A DNA stretch of 51,153 nucleotides from Octopus bimaculoides (taxonomy: Eukaryota): positions 52,179,710 through 52,230,862 of the forward strand of contig NC_068983.1 of assembly GCF_001194135.2 (NCBI RefSeq), given 5' to 3'. The stretch's first letter is position 1. Each line of letters begins with the position of its first letter. A model generated the notes under the pieces. The model was not told the origin of the DNA. It saw only the letters and a program-made list of their open reading frames with translations, and did no database searches. This document shows positions 40,338-51,153 of the stretch, piece by piece. Both the position numbers and the translations under genes were made by a program.

Positions 40338-41113
40338 TTGTTACTGTCATTTGACTGCCGCCACGTTGGAGCATCGCCTTAAAACGTTTTAGTCGAATAT
40401 ATATNNNNNNNNNNNNNNNNNNNNNNNNNNNNNNNNNNNNNNNNNNNNNNNNNNNNNNNNNNNNNNNNNNNNNNNNNNNNNNNNNNNNNNNNNNNNNNNN
40501 NNNNNNNNNNNNNNNNNNNNNNNNNNNNNNNNNNNNNNNNNNNNNNNNNNNNNNNNNNNNNNNNNNNNNNNNNNNNNNNNNNNNNNNNNNNNNNNNNNNN
40601 NNNNNNNNNNNNNNNNNNNNNNNNNNNNNNNNNNNNNNNNNNNNNNNNNNNNNNNNNNNNNNNNNNNNNNNNNNNNNNNNNNNNNNNNNNNNNNNNNNNN
40701 NNNNNNNNNNNNNNNNNNNNNNNNNNNNNNNNNNNNNNNNNNNNNNNNNNNNNNNNNNNNNNNNNNNNNNNNNNNNNNNNNNNNNNNNNNNNNNNNNNNN
40801 NNNNNNNNNNNNNNNNNNNNNNNNNNNNNNNNNNNNNNNNNNNNNNNNNNNNNNNNNNNNNNNNNNNNNNNNNNNNNNNNNNNNNNNNNNNNNNNNNNNN
40901 NTATATATATATATATATATATATGACTTTACAACGGATGCTGGTGTGTTTACGTCCCCGTAACATAGCGGTTCGGCAAAAGAGACCGATAGAATAAGCA
41001 CTAGGATTACAAAGAATAAGTCCTGGGGTCGATTTGCTCGACTAAAGGTGGTGCCCCAGCATGGCCACGTGCAAATGACTGAAACAAGTAAAAGAGCAAA
41101 AAGAGTAAAGAGT

Positions 41114-41177
<64 letters not shown>

Positions 41178-41330
41178 GACATGCTTCTTTCAGTTTTCGC
41201 CAAAAATATCCATCCACAATGCTTTGGTCGACCCGTGAATACAGCCATAAGACATACGCCCGTGGTGCTACGCAATAGGAAACAAACCTCTTGCCACACA
41301 GACAGGCCGGCAATTGAGAATATGTTTGCG
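40338..41330. mobile_element. Family-B fragments: minus tail, gap, plus tail, (GATA)n, minus head
   Basis: Tail at 40925-41110 is nearly identical to other B tails. Confidence 0.75.
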
Positions 41331-43060
41331 CAATAGTAAATATAAATCGAAACTTATTTACATCCGCACAAGCGCCCAAGCACGCGTACAATCCCAACCC
41401 CACCGAAAACAAATTAAATGAAGTGTCCAGGGAGATAACAGAATGGTTATAATGAAACGGATAGACGGGCGAATGTATTTTGTTAGTGCCAAAGTGCATT
41501 TATGCATCATATACAGACAGACATTTTATTCGTGGGATAGGAACATGACAGTTCAGCGAAACAGACGATAGAATAAGTTGTAAACTTCAATATTTATTTG
41601 CAGATGGTAAATATACATTGTCCCACTCTACGAAATAGAATTGACTAATTTTCACATAACTTTCCACATCTATGTACGTGAGTGTATGCATATACATATA
41701 TAACATAAGTATATATAACTATATATGATTTCATAATAATATATATATATATATGATTATATATATATAACTATATAAGATTTCATAATTATATATATAT
41801 ACATATATGATTTTATATATANNNNNNNNNNNNNNNNNNNNNNNNNNNNNNNNNNNNNNNNNNNNNNNNNNNNNNNNNNNNNNNNNNNNNNNNNNNNNNN
41901 NNNNNNNNNNNNNNNNNNNNNNNNNNNNNNNNNNNNNNNNNNNNNNNNNNNNNNNNNNNNNNNNNNNNNNNNNNNNNNNNNNNNNNNNNNNNNNNNNNNN
42001 NNNNNNNNNNNNNNNNNNNNNNNNNNNNNNNNNNNNNNNNNNNNNNNNNNNNNNNNNNNNNNNNNNNNNNNNNNNNNNNNNNNNNNNNNNNNNNNNNNNN
42101 NNNNNNNNNNNNNNNNNNNNNNNNNNNNNNNNNNNNNNNNNNNNATATATATATATATATATAAATTATTATATATATGCACATATATACATATATATGT
42201 GCATATACACATACAGAAACAGATATATATCTCCAAGACACTAAATTAATTTCATTTCACTTCTACGAGTTAAACATTCTTTAATAAATATAAAAAGGAT
42301 CGAAATCAAATTCTGGACAATATAGCGACTAGTAGCTATTTATATTTCTTTAAATATATTCATTTTTACATTGATATTAGGCTAATGTTACATTGAAAAT
42401 ATACAGACGACTAATTAGATTATACAAAGACTTATTGGTTTGCCAGATTTCAAAAGGGTTGCAGGCATTTTTCTCTCAAGAATTGAAAGGCTGTGTTCTA
42501 AATTTAAGCTACATATGGTTTGGTTATAATCATATGTAAACGTTATAATCAGATAAATGGAGAAACAAATGTCTTTTATATCTAGTTTTGTATTTTTAGT
42601 ACATCGCGTTTTGTTTCACCTATAGCTATAGACTGAGATCTGCCTGGAATATATCAGATGAATAAATTGCAGGGGATCCTGAACAAGCATATCATTATTA
42701 AAAAGAAATAATGATGGTAGAGATGACGACGATGATGATGATGATGATGGTGACGACGACAACGACGACGATGATGATCAAAACAATAATAGCAATAATA
42801 ATAATGCACCAGTTATTCTCAAAGAAATTATTGAATAAATTAATATCTCTTTGTTATCACTACAAACATCATGGGTAGTATAATCAAAATAGTAGTGAAA
42901 TAAATTAATATTTATGTGTATTGGTATATATATATATATACACTCACATAGGTAAATAGAGAGAAAGATAGAAAGAGATAATACTTTTGTACTATGTGTG
43001 TTTGTTTGTGTGTATGTGTGTGTATGTGCCTGTGTGTGCCTGTTTGTGTGTGTGTTTATG

Positions 43061-43433
43061 TAAATATAGACGAACAATAGAAAATCGATTGAACATCATT
43101 ATTCATTGAAAATCGCAACAAATGTTTCGACACATTTTTTACTCATGTAATTACATAACTCCTTGATGTGATGTTATATAATTACTACCATCCTCGAAAT
43201 GTGTAAAATGTTTTCGTAAATCTCCTTCGTTAAATCTTACTGTCATTTCTCTCAGTATGCGAAGCACTACTTTAAGAAATAAACTTAGGAGACACATTTT
43301 ACACTTTGGATGGATTATAGCGTTTACATAGTAACTCACCAATTTACTACGGGAGTAATTGTGTGTCGAAACAACTGTAATGATTATCTATGAAAAATAT
43401 TGTTCAATCCATTTTCTATATGTCATCTATTTA
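43061..43433. mobile_element. Old MITE-like element with imperfect ~70-bp inverted repeats
   Basis: TAGAAAATCGATTGAACA...TGTTTCGACACA vs TGTGTCGAAACA...TGTTCAATCCATTTTCTA. TSD not resolved. Confidence 0.5.
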
Positions 43434-45445
43434 GAAAAACACTACGGGTACTTTAGAGTTCCTGATGCATATCCAGTAGGAGAGTATTTATGATGTATGA
43501 TGACATCAGGTAGCCAATTAATGTAGAGGAGCTTTCAATAGCATACTATAAGTTTTCTACTAAAATCTTATCTAATTATGTAGAAATGTATATATATATA
43601 TATATATATNNNNNNNNNNNNNNNNNNNNNNNNNNNNNNNNNNNNNNNNNNNNNNNNNNNNNNNNNNNNNNNNNNNNNNNNNNNNNNNNNNNNNNNNNNN
43701 NNNNNNNNNNNNNNNNNNNNNNNNNNNNNNNNNNNNNNNNNNNNNNNNNNNNNNNNNNNNNNNNNNNNNNNNNNNNNNNNNNNNNNNNNNNNNNNNNNNN
43801 NNNNNNNNNNNNNNNNNNNNNNNNATATATATATATATATATATAATGATAATAATATTAGGGATAAAAATGCAAATTTACAGGGGAAAACTCAATTTAT
43901 CAAAATCAAAATTAATTTAAATTTCACAATATATAATATATAAATATATAATTTAGAGAAAAAAAACACAATTATTTAATTCATCCATGAAAATCCACAA
44001 TCACATATAAAAAATTTAATAAGTAAATACACTAAAAAGACCTATAATAAAAATCAGAAAAGTGCAGAGTAATAAATATTGAAATAATAAAATAATAAAA
44101 TGACTACACGTGTTTCATAACCACATTTTCAAATAGAAGATACAATAAAAATCGTGCTTATTTTGTTAACCTTTCTTTGTTTAATATCCACAATCATGAA
44201 CAAAAGCAGTTTATGACGCTTAGTTTTCCTGAACGGTATCTCATCCATGAGGATCTGCAGTTTTCAAGTCGACTGGAAAATACAATGCAAGCTAGACACA
44301 CTGGAAAAGATGAGGCTCAACATCCGGCCTCATCTGATCCACTTGACAGAATCCAGCTCACATTATATTTAGTAACGTCATTCCATTGCAGCAAGAACAG
44401 GAATATCTCTTTCATATTCAAAACCTGTTTTCTTGATTTGCTTAGTTTTCAAAGATCCCTTACTGAAATTACAGAGTAAAATAATGATGGATTTTGGAAA
44501 CAAATAAATTTCGTTTCAAATTCCTTCCAAATTATAACCTCCCCTTACTGATGTAAGCCACTTAGATATTTTTATTACTAAAGTTTGGTACACTAAGAAT
44601 ATATAGATAGACGTAGACATCTATATTTGCCCTCTCTAATCGAATGAAATGTAAATGAAACATTCACTGATGTTGCGAAATGCTACATGGCTGATTAAAA
44701 ATCTAGTATATGCAATTGAGGGTATGTTGAATTAAAATAGCCATGAATGTGCCATATTTAATGTATATATACTATTGATAGACCATATACTTCAGTATTT
44801 GTGCAGAGATAACATCTCTTCTGGACGTGCTGATTTAAAAGCACAATAAATATATGTAAAGGAGATGAAAAATAGAGTCGACAGAGGGCAGCGAGAATGC
44901 CAAATGCTTTTTCACCTTTTTTCGACCTGCATTTGCTTTCAGTCACATGACAGGATACGAATTCGCTGCTTCAAATGCGTATACCGAAAAGACAGAAGTA
45001 ATAATCCAGACGATATCTTCCACTAATATTTCTTGTTCTCTCCTTATTATCAAGGCTGCCATTTTGTTTTGAACCTTTCCTATCCGTGCTGCATATTTCT
45101 GTATGTATAAGATGTGCATGAAGGATTGCATCATTAGGTTTAGAAATTCCTTAATATCGCAGGTATTCTGACCGAACTTGCCTTATATATTAAAATAACA
45201 GTATCTTAGCGAATTATTGGCAAAGTTCTTCATCTTTCCCAGCAGTGACTTAATTGCATCTCGAATTTATCAACTTAAGTGTGTAAGGTTCTTGTAGTTT
45301 GACATTTTCCATTTTCGGTTCATTTTGTTACGCTCGTAATTCAGCTATGATCAGCAAATACGCTGGAAGCTGTTCTGGTATCCGAGATCATGTACGAGGA
45401 ATCTAAAACCACTAATTGGTACAGGTCAATTTATTTAGCATATAT

Positions 45446-45494
<49 letters not shown>

Positions 45495-46424
45495 GCCCTG
45501 TATATGTGTGTGGTAGGGGTCCCTGCAACTGGCTGGTTCATTTACGATATGTAACATACTGGTTCTTTACTTTGTGGGATACATTCTACCTCTAGGATAA
45601 GATTTTTGTGAACTCTGAGCTTGCACATTACATAAATGATTTTTATTAACTCAAAAGGAAATTCAGTTTAGTCAGGATTCAAATGATGTTTGTGAGATAT
45701 TGATGCATGTGTTTCTTTGGCCAACATATTTCTACTATACTACGCCCAAATACGATATTTCTGCATGTGAATTATATAGACAGTTTGTAGAGCATATTGA
45801 CATAAACGTTAATTGAAAAGAGGGGATAAAGAAGAAGATATGCATTTATCCACTTGCAGTGTAGGACCGAATCCATCCAAAAGCTTTATCGATCCAGCTT
45901 CGTTAAAATGTATATATATATATAACCATTTAAAATTTTATTCTATTGTCTTTCCAACACCGTTTGGAGCATGTGTTGAGTTGCTGCAGAAGTACAATGA
46001 TTATATTTCAAATTCAGCTTGAGTTAGACCGAAGTTTTATTATACAACACATTGTTAAAAGCTCTCGATTATTTCATCATAACATTTTACGTTCTTCTCA
46101 GGCAAATAGGGTATTTGGCAATATTATTTCTGACTCTGTTAGACATTAGTACTTTTTAAAATCTACTCATGATTTTCTATACATTAAATGATTGTTCCTC
46201 ATATCAAAAAGTTATATGATATTCAGTCGTAGGATTGTGTTGTATTGGAAGAGATGTAGTCTTTAGAGTATTAAATCCAGTAGCCGTGTGTGAGTTAGTT
46301 TTCAGCTGCTTTGTGTCATTTCTATAGCAAGTTCATCGATCGTACGATACAGCGTTTAACGATAGTATTAGTACTCCAATTCTGTTGAGACCAATTGCGT
46401 CTCTATCATTTAAGTATGTGTACA

Positions 46425-46689
46425 TTTACATTATTTACATTTATGTGTCCTCATCAGGTGTCTTGGGGAAATTTCGAACCTGTGTTCTAATTCCTAAGGT
46501 ATTTTTCGATATTATTATTATTATTATTATTATAATTATTATTCAAGTCACTGCCTGGAATCAAACTCGGAATATTGGGGTTAGTAGCCCGCGCTCTTAA
46601 CCACTTCGCCATATGCCCGTGGGCATATCCGTCAAATGTAAATAATGTAAAAAATGTACGTAATTCCTCATCTCTTAAATATAGAACTG
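46425..46689 (-). mobile_element. Family D: tRNA head, (AAT)n, hammerhead 5' half, with an inverted tail fused at the head
   Basis: Minus head GGGCATATGGCGAAGTGGTTAAGAGCGCGGGCTACTAACCCC...GAGTTTGATTCC at 46547-46618. GACAC-CTGATGA at 46451-46462 (-). Plus-oriented tail at 46625-46689. Confidence 0.8.
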
Positions 46690-48690
46690 TATTATGTGTA
46701 CATTTGACCACACATTTTACACGAAAAGCGCTTACATGGAACGGTACTTATTCGGTGTAATCTATTCTATGTGAGTATTGTTACAATGTTGTGACGTATT
46801 GTGCTTGGTATAAACAGCGATATTTCATTTCAAATTTCTACATGACAACGAGGCCCCTCATATTTCCTCATCCGTTGTGACCATGTCACAGGTCAGACTT
46901 CATCTCTGTAAGATAGAGAATAACTGGGATACTGCTTGAACGGTTGGCCGAGAAGACTCCAGCATATACCGGCAAATGGTAGCTTCACCGTCCCTGACCT
47001 GACGTCTCCCAATTTTAATACTTTTTATCATTAAATTTTTTCTTTCTTGACAGCAATATTGTGGCCAATATTATCGCTATTCTAACCAATTGGGGGACGA
47101 AGTAATCGAGTTTTTAAAAGTCATGGAAGAGATTTAATATTCTGATTTTGGTCAGCAGCTAAACTATCTTGAATATCTTATGCATGAAACTCATTTACTG
47201 CTAAAGTTAAAAGTCATAAAAATATCGGCTTTCCAGCCAGGTAGAAGAGAATGTGAAGATACAAATTACTCCATTAGACAACTCAGACTGGCAAATCTGT
47301 CATTACCTGAATCCACAAAATTATGTAGCAGGAAGGGCTCCAAAATATATTGTCTCTTTAGAGAGAGATGTGACAGGAGAGAGATTCTGTCATCAGTAGA
47401 TAAGAAGGAGTGATGCAGCATCTACTAGTTCGAGACATTGGGTGGCAGGTAAAGAGTGCTCGTAAATTTAGCTTTTATGGTAGCGAGACTGTTCATTGTT
47501 TACGATAGAAAAAGGAAAGATATGAGAAATAGAAGATAGCGAATTACATGTATCTACAAATGAAACAAATAAGCAACAGTTTAATCTTCTCTAAATCACA
47601 TTCCACTGTCCTAAAGACAGAACGCGATGAATAATATAGTTCTGAAAAATGCAGGCTGAGTGACCAGAGTGGTGGGGGGGATTTTAATCATATATCTGCT
47701 TAATCAAGGCTAACCTGGGCCTAACCAATAACGAGATAATGATTTTACTCCCATACATAAAAGATTAGACGATTTAGATAATTGCCTCATCAAAGCACTT
47801 AGCAGCGTCACTTTTATCAGTTCTAAGGATTCTCGATACTACAAAGATTTCTTAATTTGATGCGAAATATTTAGAGAAAGACCATTATTAATGGATAATG
47901 AGACTTAGATATTCAAAGGTAAATCGTTTATCGATTTGTCTAGTGCATGTTGCTTGCTGCATTACCTCTGTAAGTACTGAATATCCTTGCTTTTATTTTA
48001 TATCATTACGCTGTGATTTAAGTAGGATCTCATTGTTTTCTTTTATAATCCACGAAAACAATGGAAGTTAATTTATATCTTATGGCATATCAATTATAAT
48101 ATAGTGATTAACAGTATGATAGAAGCCACATTCCTGCATTAGTAGAAGTATTCGTGGCCTTATTGCTGCTATTATATGGTGATTTAATGTTGCAGTTGGA
48201 CATTAATATCTCACTTACTTGGGAAGTGTCGTGAAAGAAACGGTTTCGACTCTTTATCAACTCTAGAATTGATATAAAATAGTGTACGGAACAATGGTGT
48301 GCAGGTTTGATTGCGTAAGTAAAATCTTTTCAAAAAGTCTATGGATGTATTTCAAAGTGATAAATCAATATTTTCGATCAAATAGCAGGGCGTCACAGAA
48401 CTGGAAATTAACAATAGAACTGGTAGGACAAGGATACATTTTCTTATGTGAAAAATGTTTTCCTAAAAAGCATGAACACCACAGCGCAAATTTTCTGTTC
48501 AGTCAAATATCATTAGCATAGTGTAAAGTAGTTTATTATTTTTATAATTACTTAACAATTCTTTAATAATTTCAAAGAAATTCCTTCGGAAGTTAATCTT
48601 TCATTCTATTCAAATCGTTTATATTTCGATAAAACATTCATGACGTGGAATTAGATTTTTACTACGATTAAGGCGTGGCTGCATGTATAT

Positions 48691-49096
48691 AGGCGTAGGT
48701 GTGGCTGTGTGGTAAGAAGCTTACATTCGAGCCACATGGTTCTGGGTTCAGTGCCACTGCCTGGCACCTTCGGCAAGTATTTTCTACTATAGCCTACGGC
48801 CGATCAGAGCGTGCTCAGTGGATTTGGTAGACGGAAACTGAAAGATGTCCCTCGTATATATATTGGGCGGGGTGGTGATCATGTGTTTGTGTCAAAGTTT
48901 GTCCCCCACCACGGCTTGACAACTGGTGTTGGTGTGTTTACGTCCCTGTAACTTAGCAATTCAGCAAAAGAGACTTATAAGATAAGTACTAGTCTTAGCA
49001 AAAAAATTAAGTACCAGGGCCTATTAATTGGACTATATATTCTCCAAGACGGTGCTCCAGCATAACCGTACTCTAATAACTCAAACAAGTAAAAGA
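48691..49096 (+). mobile_element. Full-length family-B SINE
   Basis: A-box-like TGGCTGTGTGGTAAG, B-box-like GGTTCAGTGCC, short (TA)n, tail AAACAAGTAAAAGA. Confidence 0.88.
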
Positions 49097-49150
49097 CAAA
49101 GGGGAAAATATTACAAGCATGTGCTAGAATTATTTCTACGAATATATAAT

Positions 49151-49426
49151 TACTCTTTACTCTTACTTGTTTCAGTCATTTGACTGCGGTCATGCTGGAG
49201 CACCGCCTTTAGTCGAGCAAATCGACCCCAGGACTTATTCTTTGTAAGCCTAGTACTTATTCTATCGGCCTATTTTGCCGAACCGCTAAGTTACGGGGAC
49301 GTAATCACACCAGCATCAGTTGTCAAACGATGATGGGGAGACAAACACAGACACTCAAACATATACACATACATACATATATACAACAGGCTTCTTTCAG
49401 TTTCAGTTTACCAAATCCACTCACAA
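49151..49426 (-). mobile_element. Family-B SINE, 5'-truncated, tail-to-tail with the preceding copy
   Basis: Near-consensus B tail. Confidence 0.85.
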
Positions 49427-50542
49427 CCCTATTTATCTTCTTTTTTTCACTTAGTTTGCAAGCCTGGTTTGTAAAATAATGATTGTGTTTAACCATTAGT
49501 TATATAGCACAAACTCTTAGAAGAACAATCGAATTGTATCGAGCAGTGTACTGAGTCAGTGTTTGCTATTTATTTCATTTCAAGTGGTTTAAAGAGAAAT
49601 TCCTTCTTCTCATACTTAGCGTAGAACAGTGAAGTAAAATACTGAAAGTTTTTATATGTAAATCTATTTCGCTTGTCTTCTCCCAGCATGGATTATTTTG
49701 AAATATTAATTATCTTTCACAATAATTGGCTCTTTGCAAGCAGAACTTCGACTCCTTTTATGCGATGCTTATTCTTATTCATTATAATAACATTTGTGCA
49801 AAAGTTGTAATTGCGTTTCTGCATTATATAAATAAACATATAGAAATCATAAATTTGTCATACAAAGAGCATTCAGTATTATTTGTAATAGAAATACAAG
49901 TCTGTTTAGCATACAAGGAAGCAGTTTAGTTCCGTCTTTGAGTATCTCTCCGGGACAAATGTATCATGCTACAATAACTTTACTGTCAAGAATTTATCGA
50001 GAATTTATTTCTACAGACTAAGTCAAAATATTTGTATGCATTCTTGTTCGTCATTTTCTTAGTTGGTGTCTAACAAATGGAATAAGCACCATGTTTTCAT
50101 GGATGAGAATATCCCAGAAATAACGGACATGTCTGAGTTAAGTCGATTATATCAACCCCAGTATTCAACTAATGTTTAGTTTATCAAACCAGAAGGAAGG
50201 AAAGGCAATGTCGATCTCGGTGAAATCTTAACTCAGAACATGAAACGGACGGTGTGTTAACGAATCTACGAACTCGCTACCTTAAAATATTCATATATCA
50301 CAGAATAATGAACTAAATATACACGCGGCATTCCATAGTGGCCAGTTGGCATAAGGGAGATAATCATTTATACGTTATATTTGGCGGGATTAGTAGTTTG
50401 AAATTTAAAAAATAGAAGTAGAAGGACGAAATTGCAAAGGATATACGTATTCATTTCTCTGATTTAAACAGAATAAAGATTTTCAAATGTCTACTTATAA
50501 GAAAACAAGTATCATCGTGCATATAATATATGTATACATATA

Positions 50543-50796
50543 TTCTTTTATACTTTTACTTGTTTCAGTCATTTGACTGTGGCCATGCTGGAGCACCAAC
50601 CACCTTTAGTGGAACAAATCGACACCAGGACTTAGTCTTTGTAAGCCTAGTACTTATTCTATCGGGCTCTTTTCGCCGAACCGCTAAGTTACGGGGACGT
50701 AAACACGCCAGCATCAGTTGTGAAGTGATGGTACAGGGACAAGCACGGACACAAAGACACACATACATAAAGCGATGTTGGACACACACACACACA
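50543..50796 (-). mobile_element. Family-B 3' half ending at (CA)n
   Basis: Near-consensus B tail. Confidence 0.85.
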
Positions 50797-51153
50797 TGGA
50801 CTAAACCTCAAAGCATTGTGGAAGAATTTAACACCCTCCTGAACAACCTACACCCATCCATCCAATTTACAATGGAGATGAGCAGTAGTAAATTACCATT
50901 TCTAGATATAATGGTAATTAAAAAGAACACCGCCATTACCACAGATATATATTACAAACACACAGACACACACCAATACTTGAACTTTAAATCGTGCCAT
51001 CCACCCCATACAAAACGCAACATACCATACTGCCTAGCCAGGAGAATATGTACTATTGTAGAGGATATAGAGACCAGAAATCAGCGCCTGATGGAACTGA
51101 AAGAATTTCTGCTGAAGCAAAAGTACCCATCACGACTCATAGAAAATGGTATT
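50797..51153 (+). mobile_element. Second Penelope-like element: open RT frame to the window end, 5'-truncated
   Basis: WTKPQSIVEEFNTLLNNLHPSIQFTMEMSSSKLPFLDIMV...TDIYYKHTDTHQYLNFKSCHPPHTKRNIPYCLARRIC...KYPSRLIENGI; 119 codons with no stop. Confidence 0.93.

Noticed and set aside
44758-45134. Two abutting minus ORFs, possibly a piggyBac C-terminus
   Set aside because: Cysteine spacing and catalytic motifs do not fit convincingly.
46547-46618. tRNA gene
   Set aside because: Has A/B boxes but no acceptor stem and is embedded in a repeat; called a SINE head. The same applies to the heads of families A-C.
47225-47450. Protein-like plus frame (KIQITPLDNSDWQICHYLNPQ...)
   Set aside because: Internal stop and no family motif I can support.

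Overview
AT-rich, repeat-dense eukaryotic scaffold sequence with many N-gaps, nearly all flanked by (TA)n. The repeat families look like those of an octopus (coleoid cephalopod); this is my recognition, not a search result. No intact host gene is identifiable, and most ORF-track entries are microsatellite or gap artefacts. Supportable content: at least four tRNA-headed SINE-like families; two Penelope-like retroelements (one decayed RT+GIY-YIG copy with a 3' hammerhead ribozyme, one open RT frame running off the window end); relics of an L1/Tx1-type RT, a LINE endonuclease and a hAT transposase; three MITEs (piggyBac-type, Tc/mariner-type, and one with an 8-bp TSD and telomeric repeats nested in a SINE); and weak minus-strand exon candidates. 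The main unexpected signal is minimal type-I hammerhead ribozyme motifs in four distinct repeat families. These include a head-to-head inverted pair and a tRNA-headed SINE-like family with Penelope-style inverted junctions.
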